From Schmidtea nova (taxonomy: Eukaryota), in assembly GCA_044892505.1 (NCBI GenBank), contig CM097882.1, positions 2,170,001 to 2,234,000 on the forward strand: a DNA stretch of 64,000 nucleotides, in the 5' to 3' direction. The notes under the pieces were generated by a model that was given only the letters and a program-made list of their open reading frames with translations, was not told where the DNA came from and searched no databases. The position numbers were made by a program, and so were the translations under genes. The number at the start of each line of letters is the position of its first letter. The first letter of the stretch is position 1. Of the stretch, positions 12,565-27,014 are shown in pieces.

Positions 12565-15181
12565 CCCATTAAGGACCACTGGCATATTTTGAGATCACTT
12601 TAAAACCCTACGAGTGTTCTATGAAATAATGAATATTTTTTACTTTAATCAACTTTTATTTATTGATCAACAATAATTTTTACTTTTTAACCTTGAAAGT
12701 AAATTTTTATTTCATGATTTGACTTTGTTTTACAATGCTAAAGTTGGCCATTTTATGAAAAAACTGTGTTGTTCTTTGCAAGTAAGATCTATCAGAAATT
12801 ATTTAAAATAATAAAAACCCGAAAACATTTACGATCATAGAATATTATCAGTGTAATAAACATATGAAACATGAGTAGTTTTGTTAAATGGTATTTCCAT
12901 AGCGCCAAAGCTGTGTGATCTCGTTTGAGATCACTGGTCCTCTGCATGAATAATTTTAACCTAGTGGCATATTTTGAGATCACTTCAAAACCATTTAAGT
13001 GTTCTATAAAATAATAAATATTTTTAACTAGAAACAGCTTCTACTTATTAATGAACAATATTTTTAGTTTTTTAACCTTGACACTAAGGTAAAGTGACCT
13101 AATTCTGAATAGGGCTCAAATTGGGAATAATTAAAATATATCTTAGCGAATACTTTTGCACTGTTTAGCGCTGAATTATTTGCATGCAAGAAGTATCTCT
13201 TAAAAAATTACCTCATTCATTTTTTACTTTTGTTTTAGATGTTGAGAAAAAGAAAAGAACTGCCAAAGACGTGGCTAATCACATTCTCAGTGGAAATAGT
13301 GCTAATATTTGTAATGTTGTGGTTATACCACCAGAAAATGTAGATGAAAATACTGATGAGGATGAGATGGATGATGAAGGCATTGTTGGTGATGTAGCAG
13401 GTACATTTGATATTAATGAAGTTGTTAATATGGAATCAAACAATGAAGAAGAAATGTCTGAATCTGTTTCAAAACCAAAATGGAAGCCAATTTGTCATGA
13501 TCTCGCCAATTCTATAAAGGAAGACTTTAATTCAACAAGAACAGAATGGATGATTCAAACCTGTCTTCATTTGTAGGAAGTTGGTTTGTTTGAACTTTTC
13601 TTTTCAAAATTACTCCGAGATCATATCCTCCGAGAAACTTGAATTTATGCTAGACAAAAGAATGACTGATGAACAATTAAAAGGATTTATTAGAATTATT
13701 ATTAATTGGATACAACAAAAGACTACAGCAAAAGTTATATTGGTCTGATGCTAAGGATTTACTTGTTCCTTTGGTGGCAAATACTATGCCCCGAGCAATG
13801 TTCATGCAAATAAAGAAGCATCTCCACTTCAATAATAACGCAAAGCTCTCACAATCGTCGAAACGAAATTTCAAAGTCAAACCTTTGTACGAAATTTTGA
13901 ATAAAAACTTTCTACAGTTTCAATTTATGCTCGAAATGTTGTCTGTGGATGAGCAAATTGTGAAATACGAGGGAAGACATCCCCTGAAGCAATTTATTGC
14001 TAACAAACCAATTCGACTTGGCCTAAAAAATTGGCTTTTGTGCAGCTCATCAGGATATTGATATCAATTCAATCTTTATTGTGGGAAAGATGGTAGGAAA
14101 AAGACTAACGTCCCTCTTGGTCTGAAAGTAGTGCTGCATTTTGCAAAGCTGCTTACCGAACATGCACAACATATTCTGTTCTTTGATAATTTCTTTTCAT
14201 CTTATCCATCATTTGTTCAATTAAAAGAAAAGAATACGCCAGCTATTGGGACATGTAGAGAAAACAGACTAATGAAGTGTCCACTGAAAACGGAGAAAGA
14301 GTTAAACCAAGCCAGACGTGGCAGTGTCGACTTTCAGTTTGATGAAAGAAACCAAATCCAGGTTGTGAAATGGATGGACAATAAAGCAGTTGTTATTTCT
14401 TCACATTTTTGTAATGCAAATATTGACGGAACAGTTGTACGCTGAAAAAAACGAGAAGGCTCGGTTGACGTTCCCATACCAGCTTTGATTCGACACTTCA
14501 ACCAAGGAATGGGTGGTGTGGATTTGACAGACAATGCAGTGAACTGTTACAAAATATCTATCACTTCTAAAAAATGGTATTGGCCACTTGTAATGAATGC
14601 TCTATAAATGTGTGTCAAAAATGCTTGGCATTTACACAACATGGTACATGGTAATAAGACTCCAATTCTGAATTTTACCAGAGCTATAGCCATGGCATAC
14701 ATGAAACAATGTCAACATCAATCAGTGAAGAGAGGGGCACATTTACCAAGCAATTTTAATACAGTGAGGTGAGAAATTCCTTTATGCATTAGAATATTGC
14801 CATGTTGTATGTGAATGACATTTGTTATTTTAGATATGATGGCAATCGTCACTTCATGGCCAGAAGAGAAGAGCAAAGACGATGTCAAGGCGAGAACTGC
14901 AGCAGTAGACCCCGATCCTACTGTAAAAAATGCAATGTAACTTTGTGTTAAACTTGTTTTGAAACTATCATGTTTATTGAGTGAAACATATATTTTTCAC
15001 TTTCTACCCGTTTCCTACATAAAAAGGACCACTGATCTCATTTGAGATCAGCAAGTTTGACCCACATAGGGTGAATAGAATTCGATGAACTTTTGGTTTT
15101 CCATAGTCGATGAGAAACCTAATTAAAAGACATCGAGACATACAATGAATTAAACCCTAACTTATAACGGTTCTTAATGGG
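12565..15181 (+). mobile_element. piggyBac-like element with disrupted transposase
   Basis: TTAA TSDs; TIRs CCCATTAAGGACC / GGTTCTTAATGGG; SVDEQ, FFDNFF, GGVD motifs and a C-terminal Cys-rich domain; several stops. Confidence 0.9.
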
Positions 15182-15697
15182 TTAAAATAATTTACAAAAT
15201 TTTATTTTTATATGAATTATTAATTTTTAAAATAGTTTATTTAAAATAGTTTAATTTTAGCAAAACATTCAAAATACACGTGTTCGCTGCATTCTGCAAA
15301 TTATTATTTAGATCCAAAACTCTTATCAAAAAGGCTTACTATATGTTGAAGATATCTTAATAATATCATTCGGGGAAGAAGACTGCAAAGCAAAAGTTTA
15401 AGAAATGAGAGTATAATTGCAAACAATAAAGAAATCAAACAATGAAGTAAATGAAGATCATTGTTAATTAATAAATACAATAGGGAAAAAAAGAATTCAA
15501 AATTGAAAACAAAAACAAGAGACAGCTTACCAGATATGACAAGAGCGCAGAAGAAAAATTGAAAAAACAAAAAGGAAAGAATGGTATATCTTGACAGCTG
15601 TCAGAAGTAATGCAGACGTAATGAATAAAGTAAGGAGTATTATAGAGGCAAAGAAATGGTAAAAATGTACAAAATAATTAGTTGGCGTTTATCTCTA

Positions 15698-15782
<85 letters not shown>

Positions 15783-15903
15783 GTGTTAAATCATAATTTA
15801 CAAAATTTTAGTAATTTTTATTTCCTTAAATCATAAATCTCTGGATTAAATGGGAAAAGCGTGACTTAAAAATATTTGGAAAAAAATTAATTACGTTCAC
15901 TGG

Positions 15904-15940
15904 TATATATAAGTGCTAATGAGACGGGACATTTATTCAG
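15904..15940 (+). promoter_or_regulatory. Putative TATA box and initiator of the secreted-protein gene
   Basis: TATATAA at 15906-15912 and TCAG at 15937-15940 just before ATG 15943; also present at copies 2 and 3; inferred from position only. Confidence 0.45.
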
Positions 15941-15942
15941 AA

Positions 15943-16752
15943 ATGGATTGGTTAAAAACAATTGTTTTTGTTTTTGTTTTTTATGAAATATCTGCTTTTG
16001 ACTCCTATGACACAGTTGGTGAAAGGCTAACTGATTCTGATACCCCTAGCCAGGGTTCTCATATCTTACATACAACTTATGTTGATGAGGACAGCGGAGT
16101 AAATGGTCTTTCTAATTTTCCATATAAAGGGACATCGGAGAACGGAAAAATAGACGAGGTAGAGAAAGAATTTCAGTCTGATGGAAATTCAGATAATCTT
16201 CATGTGGACACTGAACGCGGAAATAACGATTTAGGAAATACGTATAATGTTATTGACAATGGCGAATATCAAGTAGATGTTTCGGGAGATAATTACGACA
16301 ATAATGAACCGAAAAAAGAATATCATGGTAATGCGCTGACATCAAATTACGGTGATAATAATCACGCAGGTGAATATCGCGATGGAAGTGATGGAGCGAC
16401 AAAAGTTTATTCTTATAATTACGGTGCACCTGAACATAGTGAGATATATGGTGATAGAGGATATAAGAAAGGTTTGAAATATAATAAAAGTATTTATGAC
16501 AAGTGGAAAAAGCATCAAACTATTTTGAAACGAAAAAGACTCAGTAAAAAGATTGCGTTTTTGAAGAAGAAATTTCATGTATTTGGTAGAGGCTACGGTA
16601 GAAATGGCATAAAGAAACCTTATGGAATAAGACACATTCGAAAACTGGGGAAATATATTCATCAGAAGGTGCACGGTCCATATGGCCATGTCAAAGACAT
16701 AAACAAGTACGGGCCCACCAATCATGATGCTCACAAGAAACGTTATTATTAG
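15943..16752 (+). CDS. Secreted Cys-free acidic/basic bipartite protein, 269 aa (copy 1)
   Basis: Intronless ORF; MDWLKTIVFVFVFYEISA looks like a signal peptide; four full copies all open; track start at GTG 15913 is probably too early. Confidence 0.8.
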   Translation: MDWLKTIVFVFVFYEISAFDSYDTVGERLTDSDTPSQGSHILHTTYVDEDSGVNGLSNFPYKGTSENGKIDEVEKEFQSDGNSDNLHVDTERGNNDLGNTYNVIDNGEYQVDVSGDNYDNNEPKKEYHGNALTSNYGDNNHAGEYRDGSDGATKVYSYNYGAPEHSEIYGDRGYKKGLKYNKSIYDKWKKHQTILKRKRLSKKIAFLKKKFHVFGRGYGRNGIKKPYGIRHIRKLGKYIHQKVHGPYGHVKDINKYGPTNHDAHKKRYY

Positions 16753-16949
16753 CTTAATACATTTTTCAGTTGATTTTTTTCATTTGATTTCATTAAATTT
16801 ACTGACTATTTGAACTTTTATAAATTATTTTATATAAATTATATCAATTAATTTATATTTATTAAATTATATTTTATTGTCTTAGTCGTATGTAAAAATA
16901 CGTCAAGTAGAGTTAAAATCCTTTTATATTCGTTTTTGTTCATTTAGAT

Positions 16950-17054
16950 CAGGGGTGTCCATCTTTTCAGATTCCCTGTGCCTCATTAAAAAAAACGAGT
17001 TATATTGTGCCACATAAAATATACTAACCGTAAAGATAGCTGATGAACAAAAAA
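16950..17054 (+). mobile_element. MER30-like hAT end (copy 2)
   Basis: Duplicate of 468-572. Confidence 0.65.
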
Positions 17055-17329
17055 CATAGAATATATATATTTAGTTAACAATTTTAATTGATTTAAACTT
17101 CATTAATTATTGAAATCTTTTTATAATAAATAAAAATATACCATTTTTTAAAATATATTATAGAAATATATTTCGACAGCTCAGCTGTCATGATTAGTCT
17201 TTACACAATTTCCATTTCAATAAAAATTGATCTTCTTTATACGTTTATTAGTTATTACATAATCACATGTGCACAATCCATTGAAACTTTTATTAACCCT
17301 AGTAAAATTAATTAAAAAATCTCAAAATA

Positions 17330-17612
17330 CATGTAAATATTGAATTTGTATGTTTACTTTAGGATTAAAGGATATTATGATCAAAGCCTCACAATTCACA
17401 CTTTCAAAATATTTTTTAAACCCTAGACACATATTTTGAAATTGAATATATCAATGTTTTTCTTGCATGTCTTATTATGCTAAATAATATTACTCTTTCC
17501 ACTATTTCTGTCATGCTCTTGAACCCATGTACAGAGATGACAAGCAGTCTCTCCAATGTATGTGGCATTACTCCCATTACAAGGAAAATGATATATGAGA
17601 TCTGAAATTAAT
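17330..17612 (-). pseudogene. Penelope GIY-YIG remnant (copy 2)
   Basis: Duplicate of 850-1130. Confidence 0.7.
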
Positions 17613-18110
17613 ATTTATTTGAAAGTTTTTAGGTTGTCTGTCATTGTACGTCACTCATGGCACTTTGCCTTTGCCACTCCTGCCTCTGGAATTTTCCATT
17701 TTCTCTCTACAACTCCAATGTTTCCTTTGACACTTCAACACTTGGGACAACTTGCTTTTTTTTCCATTTTTGCTTCTGACATTTCCCAAATTTGTTAGAG
17801 CTCCCACGTTATCATTGACAGCTGTCAAGATACCGCTTTTGTTTTCGTGTTTTGTTTTTGTTTTCCAATTTTGAAATTAATTTCTGTTTTCTTGCACTTA
17901 TTAATTATAATTGACCTTTCTCCAGTTTGTGGTTGAGTTTCTTTTCTTTTGTTATTCCTTCCTCATTTCAACTTTTATCCTTTTCTTTTTTTCTTCTCCG
18001 AACTCCAGGATGCTATGTCAATTACCAAGATATTCAAATTGTCTAATATATTATTTGTTTTTTAGGTATCCTCAGCAGTACCATAGAAGGGTCTGAATTT
18101 TATGGTAATC

Positions 18111-19670
18111 AGTAGGTAGATGTGTGGAGCCGGGAACAAATACATTGCGTGGGTGGCGTGGGTGTGAAAAAAGGCAAACAATTTGAACACATCAGAAACT
18201 GTATATTATTTGAATTTATTGTTTAGTTTTTCATGGTTTCATAATAAATCCTAATTGTGACTTTAAAAAGCTATATTTTAGAATAATAAAAACTGTATAC
18301 CTACTTTTGGACCAGCCTGTATTTTGAATAATAATTTTTTATTAACGCAAACAAAGAATCAGATTTCTAGTACAACTTTAATGTAAATTCCTGTACCCTT
18401 TCAGTAGGTAGATGTGTGGAGCCGAAAACAGAGACCTTATCACTCATTGCGTGGTCGGGAAAAAAGAACAAAGACATATTCCCTCCTCCCCCACCGGAGG
18501 AGGGGGTAGGAATTTTTTTCATGACTCATCGATGACTCATTATCTTTTGTGAAAAATTTTCTATCTTTTTAAAATTTTTTAAAAATTTTCTTTATTCTTT
18601 TTTTAACTTTTTTAAACTTTTTTTTGAAAAATTTACTCTTTTTTTATAATTTTTTTAATCTTTTTTTAGAATATTTTATTTTCGAAATATTTTCGATCTT
18701 TTTTAAAAATTTTTTTAATCTATTATTTTCGAAAAATTTTCTGTTTTTAAAATTTTTTTTATTTTACCAAACGATGACTCATCAAAAATTTTATGACTGA
18801 TCGAAAAATAATCAATTTTTCCCAACTTCTTCAATTTTCATTATTTTGAAACTTTTTTTGGTTTTTATGACTCATCGATGACTCAGCTATTTTTGAGAAG
18901 TTATTTTTTAAAATTTTTTACAAATTAAAAAATATTTAAATTGATGACTCATACTTATGTCTCATCGATGACTCACCCAATGATGCATTGATGACTCATT
19001 TCAAATTTGAATTTTATCACGTCATCAATGACGCATTTCAAATTAAAATTTTTAAAAATTTTAAAAGTACAAGTATCAAAGTCAAATTTGGTATCGTTCT
19101 CAAGGCATTTGCCAGACGCACATAGTTGTATTAATTTTGAAGGTGTCTGATCAAAAAATAAAATTTTGAAAAAAAGAGAAAAAAACTTAAAGTACCAAGG
19201 TTAAAATTGGTATCATTCTCAAGGCATTTGCCAAACGCACAATGTGGTATTATTTTTGAAGTTGTCTGATCGAAAAATAAAATTTTGTACCAAAAATTAA
19301 AAATTTTAAAAGTTTCAAGTACCAAGGTCAAATTTGGTATCATTCTAACCACCTTCGCTATTTGAACACGATGCTATATAATTTCATACCCTTTTTTAAA
19401 CAACGACATAGTTAACAAAGACATTTCAATGCCAAAAATACTTTAACAAAGACATTTCAATGCCAAAAAACTTAACAAAGATATTTCATTGGTTAAATAA
19501 TTAAACACAGACATTTCAATACCAAAATAACTAAACAAAGACATTTCAATATTCGTGCATTGTAAGCAATCATGATTAACAAACACATTGCAATACATAT
19601 GCAAGTTAACAAAGACATTACAATGCAGTTGCAAGCCAAATTAACAAATACATACATGCAAGATTAATTT
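18111..19670 (+). mobile_element. Two AGTAGGTAG termini (18111, 18403) and Polinton-derived fragment (copy 2)
   Basis: Duplicate of 1629-3190. Confidence 0.55.
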
Positions 19671-20218
19671 TGTTGTTTCTTTTTTCTTGATTTCTCTTCC
19701 TTTTTATTGGATGTTAATCTGCGTATTCCGACGATCCGCCAACACGACAATCCAGCAAGTACGACAATTCGCCAAACGACAATCCGCCAAATGACAAACC
19801 GCCAACAGACAATCTGCCAACATGACAATCCGCCAACACTAAAAAATTGGCCAACGCTGACATTTCTAAAAGAAAATATTTGTAGGTCATCATATTAAAA
19901 TTAATTCACATGTACGTGTTTAAAAGTTACTTTTTGTCCTTTGTAGTACCGTAAGATTTGAAAACAGTTAACTACGCTAGAAAACTCAAGTCCTTTGTTG
20001 TGTATAGCTCAATGGAAAAATTTATCTAATCAATTTTTGAAGAAAAAGATGATCAAAAAACCCAACAGAATTTGTTTTTATTAAAATTATTTATTTTATC
20101 CTTTAACATTTTTAAACACAAATTACTGAAATGAAAAACAAAAAACTGTTTGTAAATATATTGACAAATTGTTAAAATCACGTTGCATGGATTATTACGA
20201 TATAGTTCATCTAATAAC

Positions 20219-21560
20219 TTATTCTGACAAATGCATAAATCCAAAAACTTCCTGAACATAGGCAAGTTTGTCACCCCATTGAAAATAGTTTTGACACAAA
20301 TGAATGACGTTTTCATTGGTCCATATGTACTGAGTGCTTTGCTTTTTCTTGTATTTTCCAACATGTATTTCATGAAGTTTTAATCGCTCAGTTTGTTCCA
20401 AAACTTGCAGTTTAGTCAAAAATTTCCACATTGTTGGATTCGATTGGCCCATCATGACTCTGAAACCATTGTGACAACCCTCTAAAGAATTGTTGGTTCG
20501 TGGAAGTTGCGACAATGTTCTGTCATACATATTCCACTTTTCGATTGGAAAGTTTGGTGCAGTTCTTCTATTTCCACTTCTCAGGCGACCAATGTAAAAG
20601 TCTTCAAAATAATCTGTAATTTTTCGGTAGTTTTCATCGATGTCAAAGGTAATTTACTCAAATGTTTCAACAACATCATCAATTGGTATGAAGGCAAGAG
20701 CACACAACGACTTGATTAACTTTCGAAATGATTTTTTTTCGACGTATTCTGTTGCCAAACCTTTAGCTTGAACATTTCTCCACATCGATTGACACAGATG
20801 AAAGAAACAAAAAGACAGTTCGGTGTCTGGCAGGGCTTTTTCAATGGCATTAGACAGTCCAAGCTCAAAATCCACCATAAAAGATTTTGGTGAAAAATTA
20901 AGATTGGGTTGATCAGGCAAACAGTTTTTCACCAAAGTCATTAGACGATCATATGTACATCCCTTCTTGTTTGGGAGAAGCACATATAGCAGAGACATGG
21001 AGACGTCCATTACAATTGTGAGTAATTGGAAGTAGAGAGAAGGGGCAACATTGAAAGTTCCATCAGCAAACAGGTGTAGAGCAGTAAACATTTGAATAAA
21101 AAATGCTTGGGTTGCAAATCTAACAATTCTCTGTGGATCTTCTTTTCCCGTATCAAATGCAATCCAGTTTGTGTCATCATTGTTCTTCAGAAACCATTCT
21201 GGAACATCAAAGTCACGTGTCTTAGGAGGATTGTTGTTGATAGGGTCACGATGCCGTTGAATATTTCTGGCAATTGAGGAGGATTTTGGCACTTGAGACA
21301 GACTTTCTTCGTCAAGAGTCCACAATTCACTATAAAGCTCTTTCGTCGATTTTTCAGATATTTGTGCTTTTTGTTTGATTTGACTCCTCAGTTTTTTAAC
21401 ACTTATAATTGGTGGTTCTGGTGGATGAGAATGATGACTACTTTCTACAAATTCTCCAGATGTAGTTACTAGTAGTCAACCAGTAGTAGTCTTATACCTT
21501 TCTTGTATAAGAAAGTTGACATTTGTGATAAAAAATTGATCTGCTCTTGTTAATGTTGTC
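20219..21560 (-). pseudogene. MULE transposase pseudogene (copy 2)
   Basis: Duplicate of 3737-5080. Confidence 0.85.
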
Positions 21561-23480
21561 ACAATAAAAAATTTCCGAGTTCCAGATTGGCATCAGTTTT
21601 CCCATGTCCGAAATCAGGGTATCTAAACCTGCAACATCATAAAGAGATGCTGGAACATTCAGCTTAAAGCTAGTTTTTACGACATCTGGTTTTGGTGCCA
21701 AATTGGAATTTCAGATTATAGATCAATATTTCTATTTATTTAACTAAATACAAAATCCTTCCTTGCTTATTATTAAAGTACTTAAAATAAGCGGGAAAAA
21801 TTTTGTGTGAGACATTTGTGATTCAATCACAATTCCCTATAAAGAACAATCAATCAGCTATAAATTTATTGAACTTAGTTAATTAAATCATAACTATTAC
21901 ATCATTATTGGTTTCCTATATAACTTGTGACACAAATTATGATGACAGACTCATGATAAATATAATTTCCTTGAAACATATTTTAGTTGTTCGGCTTTTT
22001 TGTGTTTTTATTAAAAATGCGCCATCTGTGGGACACGGAATTTCGGTACTCTATTCTGCGTTTGACTGATTTAGGTACAAAATTAAATTGAAATAAAACA
22101 CCAGTAAAATATCTATTATTGAGATAAACTGCTTCTTTTTCTTTATAACTCTCCAAAAACTTCTTGTTTTGCGTTGGCCTTTAATAGGTTCAGCTTGCAT
22201 TTCTTTTGTTAAATTAATCTTCTTAAGTGCATTACATTATTCAAATTGCAAATCCTGCAATGCGTTATGTTATAAAAACAACTGCCATTTTTTGTAAATA
22301 TTTAAATATTTTTAATTTAATATNNNNNNNNNNNNNNNNNNNNNNNNNNNNNNNNNNNNNNNNNNNNNNNNNNNNNNNNNNNNNNNNNNNNNNNNNNNNN
22401 NNNNNNNNNNNNNNNNNNNNNNNNNNNNNNNNNNNNNNNNNNNNNNNNNNNNNNNNNNNNNNNNNNNNNNNNNATATCTTAGTTTAATTAATAATAGTAA
22501 TACTTAAATATGATATATTAAATGTGAGACTAAATATAATATTTCAATTATTTATTAATAATAATGAATTTTGGGGTTTTTTGGTACAGGGGCAAAAATA
22601 AAAGTAATTGATAAAAGTTTGATACAATAGTTTGAAATTCGTAGTTAAGAGAAATCTAATGTTAAATTAAAATGTGTAAATATTTGTGTAAAATATTTGG
22701 AAAAATTAGCATAGAAGTTCAAACTATTGAAATACCGGAAAGGAAAGTTGCCGAATTCATTGTAGGTAGAGATGTCAAGGTTCACCGAATCTTAAATTGA
22801 TGATCTTAAAAAAATGAAAAAATATTCAGCAAGAAGTAGGAAGTCAATTGGAAAAAAATTCGTATTAGAGTGATCAATATTTTTTTAAGATCGAAATATT
22901 TCATTAAATAAACATTGCGGAGAAAGGATTAACACGTTTATCGTATTATTATATTTTGATAAAGCAATACAAACAAAAAAGAAAATGGCAGATATTTTGG
23001 ACCTGTAGAAGTTGTTAAACAAATACATGAAAAAAGGTATGAAATAAAGCTTGATAATGAAACCCGATTGATAAAAAACGAGTGGTTAAAGTAATTTAAA
23101 CGAGGGGTGTGTGAAAATGTAATTTAATTAATTAATTTAATAACCGAATAAATAACAACTTAATGAATTAACTAAATGAATTAAAGTTGTGGATTGATGT
23201 GGTATGCAAATACCTTATGCTTACATTAATATCGTTGAATAAAAATCTTCATGGAGATTTGTTTGAATATTGCAAACAAATTGTGTTGTTTTTGAATTTA
23301 ATAAATATCTTCTGTTGTTATCAAATGTACGTTATTGATATTAAAAGTATTTTATCTAACAATCATCAATTTTCGGCACTGCTTTTTTCATACAAAAAGT
23401 TTCTCTGAAAATTCATGATTCATAATTCATGAAAATAAAATAAATTGCAAATAAAAATAAATGCTTACATTCTATTTCAG

Positions 23481-23818
23481 GCAAATTCAAGTGTAGACTA
23501 AGCAAATTTCCTCAGCCTGCAAAATATTACAAATCATGCGACCCATTTCAACTTTCTGAATCATGTGCAAAATTTAATCTGTTTCGGAACAAAAAGGTTC
23601 GAGGATGGTGGCCATTAATTTACAATCCAAAGGATGAAGATTCAGATGAAGAGGACGGCGAAGAAATAGGGGTAAACTTAAGAAAAGTAATATAAATGTA
23701 ATCATTATTTTTAAAAGGGTTGCGTAGAATTGGAAATGGAATTAGTTACTGCAGAAGAAGCTGAATCGAATCCTGTGGGTCTTGGAAGATCCGAGCCGAT
23801 GCCCCTTGAAGCACCAAC
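23481..23818 (+). pseudogene. Ferlin two-exon fragment (copy 2); exons 23481-23671 and 23718-23818
   Basis: Duplicate of 7004-7341. Confidence 0.8.
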
Positions 23819-26087
23819 GTAAGTAATTTACTATTAAATTTCTATTTTTGAATTGAAATATAAAAAAACTTACTATCAGAGGAAATACAAATTTGCATTA
23901 GAAATTGCAAATATCTTTAGCGGATTTTGTGTCTAATTTTGTACTGAATTTGGTGAATAAATATCTAACAATAATTAAAAATAAATTGGAAAAATCTCCG
24001 AATCACACATAAATGGCCGAATTCGACGGTCCTAATTTTTTCAGTTACATTTAAAAAATCAGGTATAAATAAATTATTAAAATAAAATTTTCATATTGAA
24101 TGGAAAGCTCTTTGATTAGCATGTCCATTTTCAATTGTAGAGATCAGTGGCGTTTTATGAAATTTGGGCTCCTGCACTAAGGATTACAAGGTAACTTAAA
24201 AATGTTTTCAGGTTTTTTATTTAGAAAAACACATAATTTAGTAGAGATAAATAAATATTTCCTCTTTAATGGCTTGTTCCAGGATTTCTAGTTGTTCAAT
24301 CATAAATCGTCGAAGGCTTTTCGAATTTTTATATTATCCGTCAGACTTGTACTTGTTTGCAACATATCTCTCTAGTTTGGCATAATAATTCCCTGCCGCT
24401 TTTCGGATTTTTTAGTTTCTTGCTTTGACTTAGAAAGGCAATCATCTTTCATTTTCTGAAGATCTTTAAAAACTAAAGTTTTAGTAGCTCCTAAAAATGT
24501 TAATTGCTCTTCATTTCAATGTTTGAAATCATTTCCGAATACACGGACATCGCGAATTTAATTGTTTTCTCATTTTCCGTTTTAGCGAATGATGAATTAA
24601 TAGACATTTGGTCCTCTTTGTGAATGTATTTCGTTAGGTTTTCAGCTAATTCTTTAAGCGCATTTCAGCAATCTTCTTTATATGAGCAATCAATTCCTTT
24701 TTCGTGTTGTAATAACTTTTCACGAAATGATAGACTGTAAATGATACATTCATTAAACTCCAATGGTTGATGATACGACATCGATATATATTTATATTAA
24801 CCAATTTATTTGAGGACTTAATCTTTAAACTTCAAAATTTCAAAACAAAATTGTAACTCTAATCAATTTATTATATTTTCAAAAATTTCACAATCGAAAA
24901 CTCTTTTAAATCACAAATTTAAAATACATAATTTAGTATAGATAGATAAAGATAATAAGGAATAAAAATATAATAAAATCCAAATATTAAACGTAAAAAG
25001 AATAAAATAAAAACAACTCTTTAATAACATAAATTAAGATATTAAAAATATCAATTGTTTAAGTTTATACATAATAAAAACAAAACTTAATAAATAATAG
25101 AAACTTTACTTTTTTTCTACATATTAATTTAAATAAAAATAATTTATTATTATATCCATGGGCGCCCATTTACTTTTTTACTCGTCACAACGTTTGGATT
25201 TGAAAATATTTCATTTGACTTCTTTTTTGATTTTGAATTGAAAATAGTGAGTTCTTCTTGGACCATGTAGGATTTTTTGAAAAAGTAACAAAAAAGGAAA
25301 GTTTATTTGATTATTTAAAACAAAAAGGAAAAAATGTTTATTTAATATCATATTAATTACTAATTTAATTACTAAATTAATGTCATAATTAAATCCGAGG
25401 CACTACACCTTGCGTCTTGTAAAGACTTAGTTATCATAAATCAACCAAACTTCCTCAATATTAACTTCTAGTTTTTGAAATGATGCTGAATTTGAATTGC
25501 AAAATTGGTAAAATAAAATTGCGAAATATTTTACATTTTTAAATTAATTTGACGCTCAGTGTAATTTATTTTTAGCCGGCCAGATGGATCATTTCTCAGT
25601 TTTCTCAATCCGTGCAACACGATCAAATATTTCATAAAATATCGACTAAAATGGCTGCTGATAAAAATCTTTGTCATTTTCATGGCGTTATTGATAATTG
25701 CACTGTTCATTTACAATTTTCCCGGAAGTATTTCCAATGCAATTGTGACAAAGATGTTTGCGTAGCATTTTTTTGGTTAGGTCGCAATTCATTATTCGCG
25801 TAGCATTTAATCTAATTGGTTTTGGCTGGCGTTTAATCCACTATTTTATCGTATTTAGTAATTAAAATCTAATTGGTAATGTTAACACGTTGATCGCCAA
25901 ACCTAACATGAGCTAAAATCGCCGTACGAGCCAAAGTAAACTTATTGACTATTTTGATCAAATTTATAATAATATATTATTGATTAATATTACAATGTTT
26001 TCGTTAGTGAGCACAATTTTAAAGGATAGTACGAATTTACATAGATAGTCTGACGTGGCACAGGCAAAAGCATCAGGTGTCAGATAT

Positions 26088-26509
26088 CAGGGCCGGATTA
26101 ACCCATTCTGGGTCCCTAGACATCTTCTTCTTATTGGGTCCCCTCCCTCTCCCAAAAAAATATAAAATAATAGATGAAACAAAATAAAATAATGTGAAAA
26201 ACTAAAACAAATCTTAAATTTTTAATTATAAAAAATATTTAATATACAACAATAAATTTGAAATTTTCTAGAAAAGATTGAACAGTTTATTTATAAATTT
26301 TAAAAAATTGAAATTTTTTTTAAATGTCTAACAAAAGTAAATATATAAATAATAATAAACTTTATTTAAAAATTCGGTTTTCTAGTCCTTAATTCATCAT
26401 AATTAATATTATCCAATTTGGAGAATGATAGACTCTATGAAAACCTATCTTTTCAAAATAGACAGTTTGACGGGGCCCAGGCATTTGTCTATGTTATGAC
26501 CCGGCCCTG
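26088..26509. mobile_element. hAT-type MITE (copy 2)
   Basis: Duplicate of 9612-10033. Confidence 0.75.
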
Positions 26510-26609
26510 GCAGATACATATGACGGAAAAACGTATATAACGCGGCGATAAACGTGCTATAAAATAAAATTAAATAATGTTAAAAAATAAAAAACTTAAA
26601 TTTTTATTA

Positions 26610-26694
<85 letters not shown>

Positions 26695-26771
26695 TAATCA
26701 TAATCATAATTATCTTATTGTTTGACCTTTGATCTTTTTAAATATTAAAATCAATAATTCCAATAATGGTA

Positions 26772-26909
26772 AGACTATAGATCAAAATTTCTTTAAATAA
26801 GTACACAATATTTCGGCACAGCCTTTATCAAGTGTGTATTAATACACACTTGATAAAGGCTGTGCCGAAATATTGTGTACTTATTTAAAGAAATTTTGAT
26901 CTATAGTCT
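26772..26909. repeat. 138-bp hammerhead-like palindrome (copy 2)
   Basis: Duplicate of 10302-10439. Confidence 0.85.
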
Positions 26910-26929
26910 CACTATTACGGGAATTATTG

Positions 26930-27014
<85 letters not shown>

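Noticed and set aside
15304-15570. Hydrophobic 88-aa ORF (also 40485)
   Set aside because: Antisense reading of A-rich sequence gives F/L-rich text; no support as a gene
15913-15942. N-terminal extension MLMRRDIYSE from the ORF track
   Set aside because: Starts at GTG and overlaps the putative TATA-to-Inr interval; the signal peptide begins at ATG 15943
16342-16734. 130-aa antisense ORF in every gene copy (also 41484, 54774, 58036)
   Set aside because: Shadow of the sense ORF's codon usage; its conservation is explained by the duplications; no independent promoter or motif
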